64,000 bases of DNA from Hyalangium minutum (lineage in GTDB: Bacteria > Myxococcota > Myxococcia > Myxococcales > Myxococcaceae), in NCBI RefSeq assembly GCF_000737315.1, contig NZ_JMCB01000009.1, forward strand, positions 1 to 64,000. The letters run 5' to 3'. This document shows, piece after piece, positions 44,251-53,698 of this stretch. Below the pieces are notes generated by a model. That model was not told where the DNA came from and made no database searches. It was given only the letters and a program-made list of their open reading frames with translations. The position numbers and the translations under genes are program-made. The number at the start of each line of letters is the position of its first letter. Positions within the stretch are counted from its first letter, which is position 1.

Positions 44251-44406
44251 AAGCCAAAACCGGCCATCTATTCACATTTTCGGCGGGTAGCAGACGAGCC
44301 ACATGCCCGGCCTGGAACATTTGGACCCCACCCTGGAAAAATTTTCCAGATCGCTAGAAAGCGACCACGCGACGGGGGAAGCCCAGCGGGGCAGAATGGA
44401 AGTTAA

Positions 44407-45501
44407 ATGCCACTCGCGCCCAGTGTCCTCCTGATCGTGTTGGCCACGGCCGCCGCGGCCCCGCAGGCCGATGCGCCTCTGTCCACCCCTCCGCTGCCGT
44501 CCAGCTCCGACACGTGCGCCACCGCCGAGGCCGACTACACCCGGGGCTTCGACGCGCTCGTCGCGGGCGATGATCACTCGGCGCTGGAGGCGTTCGAGCA
44601 CGTCCTCGCCGCCTGCCCCACCCACCCCTACGCCGGAGAGCTCGCCCGGCTCACGCGCACTCGGCTCGGCCCGGGCGCGAAGCTGGCCGAGGCGGCGCTC
44701 CTCATCGCTCCTGAAAAGCCCTCGGGCTTCGCGCGCGGAAGCCTCGTGGTCTGGCAGACCGGGCACGGCGCGACGCAAGGTGCCCTGCTGTGCGGCATCA
44801 TCGATTGTGATGGCCGCGGCTACCTCGCCGCTTCGCTCCTGGGAGCGGGAGTGGGCGCCGCAGTCTCCTTATATGCGACGCATGAGAACGGGGTGACGTC
44901 GGGCCAGTCGGCCGCCATCAACTCGGGGACGACTTGGGGCGTCTGGTATGGACTGGCCGCCACCCAGGTCTTCGACATCGACGACGAGAGCGCGCTTGCC
45001 ACCGTCATGGGCAGCACGCTGAGCCTGACCGGCGCCGGGATTGCCGTGGCCCTGCTGACCCACCCCACCGCAGGCCAGGTCTCCCTGGCCAACTCGGGCG
45101 GGCTTTGGAGCGGCGTGATCACCGCGCTGATCCTCGCCGCCGCCGGGGATGGCGAGCGGAGCGCCTTCTTCGCGATCGAGTCCGTGGTGACGGGGGTGGG
45201 CATCACCTCCTTCGCGGTGCTCTCGCAGTCCCTGCCAGTGTCTCGAGGCAGGATGCTGCTGATCGACTCGGGCGGCATCCTCGGAGGCCTGCTGGGAGCG
45301 GCCACCGTCGCCCTGCTCGGCGCGAATGACGGGGAACCCATCGCCATTGGAGCGGCGGTGGGCGCGGTCGGTGGGCTGGCCCTCACCGCCTATATCACCC
45401 GCGACTTCGACGGCCCCTCCACCCCGGCGCCAGAGGTAGCGGTCGCCCCCACCGTCATGGGCCGAGGCGGCGTGGGCCTCGCGCTGGGTGGCCGCTTCTA
45501 G
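44407..45501 (+). CDS. Exported Gly/Ala-rich membrane protein with three internal repeats
   Basis: Signal peptide; TPR-like helix pair bracketed by two Cys; three units of about 55 aa, [ST]xG[QR]xxxx[ND]SG; ends GVGLALGGRF. Confidence 0.7.
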   Translation: MPLAPSVLLIVLATAAAAPQADAPLSTPPLPSSSDTCATAEADYTRGFDALVAGDDHSALEAFEHVLAACPTHPYAGELARLTRTRLGPGAKLAEAALLIAPEKPSGFARGSLVVWQTGHGATQGALLCGIIDCDGRGYLAASLLGAGVGAAVSLYATHENGVTSGQSAAINSGTTWGVWYGLAATQVFDIDDESALATVMGSTLSLTGAGIAVALLTHPTAGQVSLANSGGLWSGVITALILAAAGDGERSAFFAIESVVTGVGITSFAVLSQSLPVSRGRMLLIDSGGILGGLLGAATVALLGANDGEPIAIGAAVGAVGGLALTAYITRDFDGPSTPAPEVAVAPTVMGRGGVGLALGGRF

Positions 45502-45556
45502 AAGGCACGGCTTTCGCTGGAGAAAGGGGCGATTTCCGGGTACGAACCCCGTCCCG

Positions 45557-46222
45557 ATGGACGCCCCTGCCCCCGCCTCGCCTCCGGCGATCGCCCTGCA
45601 TGACGTGAGCAAGCGGTATGGGCGTCATTGGGCTCTGGCGCGACTCACCTACTCGCTGCCCGCGGGCCGCTCGCTCCTCCTCACCGGCCACAACGGCTCC
45701 GGGAAGACCACGCTGCTGCGCCTGGTGGCCACCGCCCTCTCGCCCACCGCGGGCCGCGTCGAGGTGCTCGGCCGCAACACCGTCTCGGATACGAACGCAG
45801 TGCGTCAAGAGGTTGCCCTCCTTTCCCACGCCAGCTTTCTTTACGAGGACCTCACCGCGCACCAGAACCTCGTGGTGCTCGCCCGCCTGCTGGACCTGCC
45901 CTCCCCGAAGGACGTCGCCGACCAGCTGCTGACGCGCGTGGGGCTGACGCGGCGGACCGAGAGCCCCGTGCGCCAGTTCAGCGCGGGCATGCGCAAGCGC
46001 CTGGCCATCGCGCGGCTGGTGATGAAGAAGCCCGCCATGGCGCTGCTGGACGAGCCCTTCGGCGAGCTGGACCCGGCAGGCATCCAGGCCATGGAGGGCA
46101 TCATCGGCGAGCTCAAGGCCTCGGGTGTCACCGTCGTCCTGGCCACCCACCTCATCGAGCAGGGGCTGACGCTGTGTGAGGAGCGCCTTCACCTGCAAGA
46201 AGGCCGGGCGGTGCCCGCATGA
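45557..46222 (+). CDS. ccmA: Heme export ABC transporter ATP-binding subunit
   Basis: GHNGSGKTT, FSAGMRKRL and LLDEPF. Confidence 0.93.
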   Translation: MDAPAPASPPAIALHDVSKRYGRHWALARLTYSLPAGRSLLLTGHNGSGKTTLLRLVATALSPTAGRVEVLGRNTVSDTNAVRQEVALLSHASFLYEDLTAHQNLVVLARLLDLPSPKDVADQLLTRVGLTRRTESPVRQFSAGMRKRLAIARLVMKKPAMALLDEPFGELDPAGIQAMEGIIGELKASGVTVVLATHLIEQGLTLCEERLHLQEGRAVPA

Positions 46223-46914
46223 GCCGCCCCCGTCCCGCGGGCCTGCTGAAGGCCGCCGCCATCCTGCTCGGCAAGGATCTGCTCATCGAGTGGCGCACCC
46301 GGGCCCGGCTCAACGCCCTGGTCTTCTTCGCGCTCTCCACGCTGCTGCTCTTCTCGTTCGCGCTGGGTCCGGACACCAAGCTGCTCGAGCGCAACGCGGG
46401 CGGCTACCTCTGGCTGGCCATCCTCTTCGCCAGCACCCTGTCCCTGGGTGAGTCCTTCCGGGTGGAGTACGAGAACGCCTGCATGGACGGCCTGCGGCTG
46501 GCCCCGGCGGACGCTCGGGCCATCTTCCTGTCCAAGGCGGTAGGCAACACCCTGCTGCTCGTCCTGCTGGGCAGCCTGCTCATCCCCGTCATGGTGGCCC
46601 TCTACGGGGTGAAGGTGGTCCTGGGAGTAGGCGATCTGATGGCTACCCTCGTGCTTGGCTGCATGGCGCTCGCCGCCCCGGGGTGCGTGTATGCAGCCAT
46701 CGCCAATAACGCCCGAGCGAGGGACGTGCTCCTACCTCTGCTATTGTTCCCGCTGATTGTTCCGGCCCTGCTGGCCGCGACCAAGGCCATGGCGCTGGTG
46801 CTCCAGGGCGATCCGATGGATCAGCTCGGCTCTTGGTTCGGTCTGCTGGGAGGGTTCAACCTGATCTATTGGGGCTTAGGCTTCCTGCTCTTCCCGCGGG
46901 TGATCGAGGACTGA
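46219..46914 (+). CDS. ccmB: Heme export permease
   Basis: KDLLIEWR, six TM helices, LLPLLLFPL; ATGA overlap. Confidence 0.92.
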   Translation: MSRPRPAGLLKAAAILLGKDLLIEWRTRARLNALVFFALSTLLLFSFALGPDTKLLERNAGGYLWLAILFASTLSLGESFRVEYENACMDGLRLAPADARAIFLSKAVGNTLLLVLLGSLLIPVMVALYGVKVVLGVGDLMATLVLGCMALAAPGCVYAAIANNARARDVLLPLLLFPLIVPALLAATKAMALVLQGDPMDQLGSWFGLLGGFNLIYWGLGFLLFPRVIED

Positions 46915-46916
46915 CG

Positions 46917-47684
46917 ATGTTCATTCTCACCACGGCCGTACTGCCTGGAGTCATCCTGCTCCTGCTGCTCACGGTGGGCCGCAAGTACGCCCACCTGACG
47001 CTGCCGGTCTACGCGCTCATCGCCCTGGGAATCGGCCATGGGGTGGGCCTGTTCGTGGCTCCTCCGGACCGGGAGATGGGCGACGTGCAGCGCATCATGT
47101 ACGCGCATGTTCCTGCCGTGTGGGCTGCGCTGGTGGCGCTGGTGATCAACTTCGGGTGCTCGGTGGCGTACCTCTTCAAGCAGAGCTGGAGGACGGACTC
47201 GCTGGCGGAGGCCTCCGCCGAGGTGGGTCTGCTGTTCGGCGCGGTGGGGGTGCTGCTGGGCGCCATCTGGGGCCGGCCCACCTGGGGTGTGTACTGGACG
47301 TGGGATCCCCGGCTCACCACCGCCGCCATCCTCCTGGTGGCCTACATGGGCTACATGGCCCTGCGCCGCTTCGTGGAGGACCCGGACAAGCGCGCCACGT
47401 GGAGCTCCGTGGTGGGCATCATCGCCGCGGTGGACCTGCCCATCATCTGGTTCTCGGTGAAGTGGTGGCGCAGCCTGCACCAAGTGCAGTCCACGCCCCG
47501 GACGGTGGACCCGGCGTTCCAGCTTCCCCTTCGCCTCAGTTCCTACGCATTCCTGGGCCTGGCGGCCCTCTTCATCCTCCACCGCTACCGCATCGCCATG
47601 GCGGAGCGGAAGGCGGAGGTGGCCCTCCCCGAGGCGCTGCCCACGGATGGCGCCCAGCAGAACCGCACCGCGGGGGTGGCGTGA
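46917..47684 (+). CDS. ccmC: Heme chaperone loader CcmC
   Basis: IMYAHVP and the Trp-rich WGRPTWGVYWTWDPRLT motif; LHQ. Confidence 0.93.
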   Translation: MFILTTAVLPGVILLLLLTVGRKYAHLTLPVYALIALGIGHGVGLFVAPPDREMGDVQRIMYAHVPAVWAALVALVINFGCSVAYLFKQSWRTDSLAEASAEVGLLFGAVGVLLGAIWGRPTWGVYWTWDPRLTTAAILLVAYMGYMALRRFVEDPDKRATWSSVVGIIAAVDLPIIWFSVKWWRSLHQVQSTPRTVDPAFQLPLRLSSYAFLGLAALFILHRYRIAMAERKAEVALPEALPTDGAQQNRTAGVA

Positions 47685-47863
47685 TGAGCTCGCTGATGCT
47701 GTGGGCCCAGGTGGCCGCGGGAGAAGTGGGCAGCGGCCGGATTACCGGCGGCTGGGGCTATGTGTGGGCCAGCTATGGCATTACCTGGGGCGCCTTCAGC
47801 CTCTATGCGTTATCGCTGTGGCTGCGCCGACCCAAGAACCTGCCTGCAGGATCCAAGGAGTGA
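47684..47863 (+). CDS. ccmD: Heme exporter protein CcmD
   Basis: 59-aa ORF with YVWASYGIT and one TM helix between ccmC and ccmE; TGATG overlap. Confidence 0.8.
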   Translation: MSSLMLWAQVAAGEVGSGRITGGWGYVWASYGITWGAFSLYALSLWLRRPKNLPAGSKE

Positions 47864-47870
47864 ATGAGCC

Positions 47871-48359
47871 ATGACCCCTGTTACCCGTAACCGACTCATC
47901 GCCGTGGGAGCCCTGCTGGTGGCCGGTGTTGGCCTGGCCTTCGTGGCCTTCGGTAACATCGGCGAGAACCTCGTCTATTACTGGAGCCCGGCGGAGATGC
48001 TGACCCAGGGCGAGAAGGCCTACGGCCCCACCATCCGCCTGGGCGGCGTGGTGAAGCCCGGCTCCATCCAGTGGAACGCCGAGCACACCACCCTGCACTT
48101 CCAGGTGGCCACCGACCACACGCCGCAGTCCGTGGCGGTGACGGTGCGCTCCACCGAGGTGCCTCCGCAGATGTTCCGTGAGGGCATCGGCGTGGTGGTG
48201 GAGGGCACCTTCGACAAGTCGCAGGTGTTCAGCTCCAACCGGCTGATGGTGAACCACTCCAACGAGTACCGCGCGCCCAAGCCGGGCGAGGAGCCGCGCA
48301 AGTGGCAGGAGACCGTCGAGGGCTCCACCACGGCAGCGAACACGACGGGGGCGCAGTGA
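47871..48359 (+). CDS. ccmE: Heme chaperone CcmE
   Basis: YYWSP, IRLGGVV, PQMFREG and HxxxY (HSNEY). Confidence 0.93.
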   Translation: MTPVTRNRLIAVGALLVAGVGLAFVAFGNIGENLVYYWSPAEMLTQGEKAYGPTIRLGGVVKPGSIQWNAEHTTLHFQVATDHTPQSVAVTVRSTEVPPQMFREGIGVVVEGTFDKSQVFSSNRLMVNHSNEYRAPKPGEEPRKWQETVEGSTTAANTTGAQ

Positions 48360-50380
48360 ACGCAACGATTGGATACGGGCTCGTGCTGGGGGCGCTGGTG
48401 TGCGCCGCCTTCGGGGCCGTGGTGGGACTGACGAGCGGCCTGCGCCAGAGCGAGGCGGGCTCTCAGTGGGTGCGCCGCGCGGTGTGGGGCTTCTTCCTCT
48501 GCATGGTGGGCTCCAACCTGACGATGGTGTACTCGCTCGTCACGGATGACTTCAGCATCAAGTACGTGGCGCAGGTGGGCAGCCGCGCCACGCCGCTGAC
48601 CTTCAAGATCGTCGCCCTGTGGAGCGCGCTGGAGGGGTCCATCCTCTTCTGGGGCCTCATCATGGGCACCTACCTGCTGGCCTTCGCGCTGGTGCACCGC
48701 AACGAGCACAAGCGCTACATGTCGCTGGCGCTGGGCACCATGCTGGGCGTGGGCGTCTTCTTCGCCTTCCTGATCGCCGGCCCGGCCAACCCCTGGCACA
48801 CGCTGTCTCCCGTGCCGCTGGACGGCCCCGGCCCCAACCCGCTCTTGCAGAACCACATCCTCATGGTGGTCCACCCGCCCATGCTCTACCTGGGCTACGT
48901 GGGCATGACGGTGCCTTTCGGCATCGCCGTCGCGGGCCTGCTGCGCGGAGAGATTGGCGACGCGTGGATGGCACCCCTGCGGCGGTGGATCCTCATCCCG
49001 TGGCTGTTCCTGTCCATCGGCATCATCCTGGGCTCGTGGTGGGCGTACGCGGTGCTGGGCTGGGGCGGCTACTGGGCGTGGGATCCGGTGGAGAACGCCT
49101 CGTTCCTGCCGTGGCTGACGGCCACCGCCTTCATGCACTCCACCATGGTCCAGGAGCGCAAGCAGATGCTCAAGCTGTGGACCATGAGCCTGGCCCTGGC
49201 CAGCTTCGTGCTGACGATCCTCGGCACGTTCATGACCCGCTCGGGCATCTTCAACTCGGTGCACTCGTTCACCCAGTCGGACATCGGGCCCACCTTCCTG
49301 GTGTTCATCGCCATCCTGCTGGTGCTGTCCATCGCGCTGCTGGCCACGCGCGGCCACCTGCTGGTGTCCCAGGGCCGCATCACCTCCATGGTGTCTCGTG
49401 AGACGAGCATCCTGGTGAACAACCTGGTGTTCGTGGCCATCACCTTCACGGTGCTGCTGGGCACGCTCTACCCGCTCATCTCCGAGGCCGTGCGCGGCAT
49501 CCGCGTGAGCGTGGGCGAGCCGTACTTCAACAAGATGGCGGTGCCCGGCGGCATCGCGGTGCTGTTCCTCATGGGCGTGGGCCCCATGCTCCCGTGGGGC
49601 ACTCCGGACAAGGACGCCGTGCGGCGGCAGTTCATCATCCCCGCTTCCACGGGCGCGGTGGTGGCGCTGGTGTGCTACCTGGCCGGGCTGCGCGGCTTCT
49701 ACCCGCTGCTCACCTTCGGGCTGGCCGGCTTCGTCACCGTCATCACCCTGCGCGAGCTGCTCGCTCCGGTGCGCGTGCGCATGACCGAGCGCAAGGAAGG
49801 GCTCGTCACCGCCGTGGTCCAGAGCGCCTCCAAGGCCCGGCGCCGCTTCGGCGGCTACGTGGTGCACCTGGGCATCATCATCATCATCGTGGCGGTGGCG
49901 GCCTCCTCCGCGTACGTGACGCACACCTCCGGCACGCTGCGCCCGGGCGAGACGCTGACACTCAGTGGCTACACGCTCAAGTACCTGGGCACGAAGGAAG
50001 GCCAGGAGCCCCACCGCACCTATATGGCGGCGCGCGTGGAAGTCACGACGCCCAGCGGCAAGGTCGAGGAGTACCAGCCCCGGCTCAACTACTACGAGCG
50101 CAGCACGGATCCCGTGGGCACGCCCGCGGTGCGCGAGTCGGCCAAGGAAGACCTGTACATGTCGCTGATGGCCTTCACCCAGGGCGGCACCACCGCGAGC
50201 CTCAACGTGTGGGTTTTCCCGCTGGTGGGGTGGATCTGGTACAGCATCCCCATCCTGGTGCTGGGCACACTCATCTCGCTCTGGCCCTCTCGCAAGCGCG
50301 TGGCGGTGGCCTCGAGTTCCACGGCCGCGGGCGCCGCACCGCCGGTGGCCGGCAGTGACATGAACCGGGGTGCCGCATGA
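48356..50380 (+). CDS. ccmF: Cytochrome c synthetase (heme lyase) CcmF
   Basis: LWSALEGS, NPLLQN, HPPMLYLGY and GSWWAYAVLGWGGYWAWDPVEN; GTGA overlap. Confidence 0.95.
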   Translation: MNATIGYGLVLGALVCAAFGAVVGLTSGLRQSEAGSQWVRRAVWGFFLCMVGSNLTMVYSLVTDDFSIKYVAQVGSRATPLTFKIVALWSALEGSILFWGLIMGTYLLAFALVHRNEHKRYMSLALGTMLGVGVFFAFLIAGPANPWHTLSPVPLDGPGPNPLLQNHILMVVHPPMLYLGYVGMTVPFGIAVAGLLRGEIGDAWMAPLRRWILIPWLFLSIGIILGSWWAYAVLGWGGYWAWDPVENASFLPWLTATAFMHSTMVQERKQMLKLWTMSLALASFVLTILGTFMTRSGIFNSVHSFTQSDIGPTFLVFIAILLVLSIALLATRGHLLVSQGRITSMVSRETSILVNNLVFVAITFTVLLGTLYPLISEAVRGIRVSVGEPYFNKMAVPGGIAVLFLMGVGPMLPWGTPDKDAVRRQFIIPASTGAVVALVCYLAGLRGFYPLLTFGLAGFVTVITLRELLAPVRVRMTERKEGLVTAVVQSASKARRRFGGYVVHLGIIIIIVAVAASSAYVTHTSGTLRPGETLTLSGYTLKYLGTKEGQEPHRTYMAARVEVTTPSGKVEEYQPRLNYYERSTDPVGTPAVRESAKEDLYMSLMAFTQGGTTASLNVWVFPLVGWIWYSIPILVLGTLISLWPSRKRVAVASSSTAAGAAPPVAGSDMNRGAA

Positions 50381-50934
50381 AGAAGGGCTGGGGAATCACC
50401 TTGGGCGCCATCGCCGTGTGCGCGGCGCTGGTGCTCGTGCTCAAGGCGGGCTTTGGCCGCGACCCGCACGCGGTGCCCTTCCTGCTGTCCGGCAAGCCCG
50501 CGCCGGCCTTCACCCTGCGCTCCCTGGACAGTGGCCAGCCGGTGAGCCTGGCGCAGTTCCGCGGCCGCCCGGTGGTCATCAACTTCTGGGCCTCGTGGTG
50601 CGGGCCGTGCCGCCAGGAGCACCCGGTGCTCGACTGGGGCGCCCGGATGTTCGGCTCGCAGGCGCAGTTCCTCGGCATTGTCTTCGAGGACACCGAGGAG
50701 AACGCCCTGGGCGTCCTGCAGGAACAGGGCGCCTCCTTCCCCCAGCTGATCGATCCGCGCTCGCGCGTGTCCGTGGACTACGGCGTGTCCGGCGTGCCGG
50801 AGACGTACTTCATTACCGCGGATGGCATCATCCTGGGCAAGCACGTGGGTCCCATCGATCCGCAGTCGCTCACGGACCGAATCAAGGAGCTGGCGGCGCG
50901 ATCCGCGGGCACCGCGACGACGGCCCGGCCCTGA
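50377..50934 (+). CDS. ccmG: Thiol:disulfide interchange protein CcmG/DsbE (TlpA-like)
   Basis: VINFWASWCGPC and YGVSGVPETY; N-terminal TM helix. Confidence 0.9.
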   Translation: MKKGWGITLGAIAVCAALVLVLKAGFGRDPHAVPFLLSGKPAPAFTLRSLDSGQPVSLAQFRGRPVVINFWASWCGPCRQEHPVLDWGARMFGSQAQFLGIVFEDTEENALGVLQEQGASFPQLIDPRSRVSVDYGVSGVPETYFITADGIILGKHVGPIDPQSLTDRIKELAARSAGTATTARP

Positions 50935-50961
50935 ACCCCTGGACGCGGAGGCAAGCGAGCC

Positions 50962-52113
50962 ATGGAGCATCGGTGCCTGGAGTGCGGTGAAGCCGCGGCG
51001 GAACCCCGGCTGAAGTACTGCGAGAACTGCGGCGCGAAGATGCCCGAGTTCAAGCCGCCTCCGCTGGTGGAGACGGAGGGTGCCGAGGACGGCGGCGGCG
51101 CGGTCTCCAAGGCCCGCGTGCCCAAGAAGTCCACCTACACAGGCCCCAAGTGGCTGGAGCACGTGCCAGCGCACTCCCCCACCGTGCTGGGAGTGATTCT
51201 CCACCTCCTCGCGCTGGGGCTCTCCATCCTCCCCACTCTGGCCGGGCCGGGGCCCTTCTGGTCCTTCGTGATGGTGCTGGGCGTGCTGCCCGTGGTGGCG
51301 CGTGAGTACCGGCTCGGGAACGAGCCCAACCCGCTGGTGGACTGGGTGCCGGAGTCGTTCTCCTCCCCCTCCGTGGTGGCCGCGTATGCGTCGCTGAGCG
51401 TGGCGCTGGTGCTGCCGATGCTGGAGTTCAGCATCCAACCGCTGCTGTGGATCGGCGGCACCCTGCTGGTGATGTTGGACCAGTGGTACAAGGTGTTCGC
51501 TCACCCGGAGGGCGTGGCGCCCCTGTTCGAGCCGCGCCAGCTCATCCGAGGACAGCGCGTGCTGGCGCTCGCGGGCATCGCCGTGTGCCTGCTGTCCGCC
51601 CTGATCTTCACCTGGGTAGTCGAGGGCGAAGTCGCCCAGGCGACCTACCGCACCGCCGCGGAGCGGGTGCGCGCCGGAGAGCTCCGGCCCGCCGTGGACT
51701 CGGTGTACGGCGGCGCGGGTGGGCTCAAGCTGACAGGGATGGAGATCCCCTTCGGCTCCACCGTGGAGGTGGGGCTGCTGGCCATCCTCGTGATGCTGAT
51801 GCTCAAGCCCGAGGTGGATCGCCCCGTGTGGCTGCGCTTCGTGCCCGCGGGTGTCACGGTGATCTCCCTGGCCTGGGTGCTCGTGAACATGGGCATGAAG
51901 GTGGGGCCCATCCTGTTCCTCGCCGGGCTGCTGCCCGTGGGTCTCGTCTCGGCCATGCAGGCGATCGGCCGCGATGACCTGCTGCCCGCAGACGACTCCG
52001 CGGAGCCACCTCCTCCCGACCCTGGCTACGAAGGCATGGACGGGCCTACGGAGGACGGCTACCCCCCGGAGTATGTCCACTCGCCCCCCGAGGACGAGGA
52101 CATGCGCGGCTGA
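50962..52113 (+). CDS. Zinc-ribbon-containing multi-pass membrane protein
   Basis: N-terminal CLECG-x10-CENCG; about 8 hydrophobic helices; acidic/Pro-rich tail. Confidence 0.78.
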   Translation: MEHRCLECGEAAAEPRLKYCENCGAKMPEFKPPPLVETEGAEDGGGAVSKARVPKKSTYTGPKWLEHVPAHSPTVLGVILHLLALGLSILPTLAGPGPFWSFVMVLGVLPVVAREYRLGNEPNPLVDWVPESFSSPSVVAAYASLSVALVLPMLEFSIQPLLWIGGTLLVMLDQWYKVFAHPEGVAPLFEPRQLIRGQRVLALAGIAVCLLSALIFTWVVEGEVAQATYRTAAERVRAGELRPAVDSVYGGAGGLKLTGMEIPFGSTVEVGLLAILVMLMLKPEVDRPVWLRFVPAGVTVISLAWVLVNMGMKVGPILFLAGLLPVGLVSAMQAIGRDDLLPADDSAEPPPPDPGYEGMDGPTEDGYPPEYVHSPPEDEDMRG

Positions 52114-52211
52114 GCGGCCATACAGCCAGGGGCCGGCCGGGAAGATGGGCGCACCGGTGCAGGTTTCGCTGTGCAACACTGCGCCTTGGCGCTAGGTAGA
52201 CCGCGCCCGGG

Positions 52212-52709
52212 GTGCCCCGAATGACTTCCTTCCTGCTCTCTCTCACCCTCGCCGCCGGCCTTTTGACCGGCCAGTACGCTCCCCAGAAGGGGGGCACCGA
52301 TCCTCTCGCCGATCCGGTGAAGGAAGCCCGCGTCCAGAAGCTCGGCAAGGCGCTGCGCTGCGCCGTGTGCCAGGGCGTCTCCATCGCCGACAGCCCGGCC
52401 TCCATGGCCCGCGCCCAGCTGGACACCGTGCGCGAGCTTGTCGCCGAGGGAAAGACGGACGAGGAGATCGTCGAGTACTTCGTGGAGCGCTACGGCGAGT
52501 GGGTGCTGCTCGAGCCCCCGAAGCACGGCTTCAACTGGATCGTCTGGCTGGGCCCGCTGGCGCTCGTCGCCGGAGGCCTCTTCATCATCTCGCGGCAGGT
52601 GAAGCGAGGCCCTGAGCCCGCAGCCACCACCCCTGCCGCCTCCTCGCCGCCCGCAGCCGAGGCCGAGGACCCCTACCTGCAGGCCGTGCGCCGGGAGCTC
52701 GATCAATGA
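52212..52709 (+). CDS. ccmH: Cytochrome c biogenesis protein CcmH
   Basis: LRCAVCQGVSIADS, FVERYGEWVLLEPP and one TM helix; alternative ATG at 52221. Confidence 0.92.
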   Translation: MPRMTSFLLSLTLAAGLLTGQYAPQKGGTDPLADPVKEARVQKLGKALRCAVCQGVSIADSPASMARAQLDTVRELVAEGKTDEEIVEYFVERYGEWVLLEPPKHGFNWIVWLGPLALVAGGLFIISRQVKRGPEPAATTPAASSPPAAEAEDPYLQAVRRELDQ

Positions 52710-53695
52710 CGCCGCAGACCAACTGGACGCCGGGCATCATCGCCCTGGTGGTCTCTCTGCTCTGTGGAATTGGGTACCTGCTGCTCCAGCGGAGCAAGGG
52801 CAGCGCGCCCCCCACGCCCGAGCCGCAGAAGGACGGCGTGCTGGATGACCTGGAGCGGCGCGCCCAGTCGCTGATCGAGCAGCTCAAGGAGCTGGTGGCG
52901 GAGAAGCACAACCTCTCTCCCGAGCAGTTCCAGGCGGAGAAGTCCCGGCTGGAGCTCGAGGCCGCCGCCGCCCTGCGCGCCCGCGACGAGTACCTCCAGA
53001 AGCGCAAGCCGGGAACGGCGGGGACGCCGGGCTCTCCTGCGGCTGCACCCGGCCAGGCCGCTCCGGCGCCCACGGGCTTCGCGGCGCGGAACCCGCAGCT
53101 GGTGGGCGCGCTGTGGGGCGCGGGCGTGGTCGTCTTCTTCGGGACGCTGGGCTACCTGCTGGTGTCCGAGCAGCGCGCGCGCGACGACGGCATGGAGGCC
53201 ACGGGCCGGCTTCCTCCCGGGCAGTCCGGCATGGGCCAGCAGCAGGATCCGGGGCAGATGCCTCCGCAGGAGGATCCGCAGTACGCCGAGGCCCTGGAGC
53301 GGCTGCGCAACAACCCGAGCGATCTCGAGGCCTCGGGCTTCGTGGGCCACGAGATGATCCGGAACCGTCAGCTCGACGAGGCGGAGCGGATCACCAAGAA
53401 GGCGCTCGCCGTGGATCCGTTCCACATCGAGTCGCGGGTCCACCTGGGCGTGCTGCACGCCATCCGGGGCGACGCCTCGGGCGCGGAGCAGGAACTGCTG
53501 GTGCTGGCGGACACCTACCCGGGCGCACAGGAGGCGCTGCTGTTCCTGGGCTTCATCCACCTGCAGTCGGGCAACCGCCCCCGGGCGCTGGAGTTCTTCG
53601 AGCGCTTCACCGTGGAGGTGCCGCGCGACCAGCAGCCTCCGGGGCTGGACGCCGCCATCGCCCAGCTTCGCCAGGAAGTCGGCGGCGCCCCCTGA
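52706..53695 (+). CDS. ccmI: CcmI/CycH-like TPR protein
   Basis: Two TM helices separated by a coiled segment, C-terminal TPRs (LERLRNNPSD, KALAVDPFH); ATGA overlap with ccmH. Confidence 0.75.
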   Translation: MTPQTNWTPGIIALVVSLLCGIGYLLLQRSKGSAPPTPEPQKDGVLDDLERRAQSLIEQLKELVAEKHNLSPEQFQAEKSRLELEAAAALRARDEYLQKRKPGTAGTPGSPAAAPGQAAPAPTGFAARNPQLVGALWGAGVVVFFGTLGYLLVSEQRARDDGMEATGRLPPGQSGMGQQQDPGQMPPQEDPQYAEALERLRNNPSDLEASGFVGHEMIRNRQLDEAERITKKALAVDPFHIESRVHLGVLHAIRGDASGAEQELLVLADTYPGAQEALLFLGFIHLQSGNRPRALEFFERFTVEVPRDQQPPGLDAAIAQLRQEVGGAP

Positions 53696-53698
53696 GCC

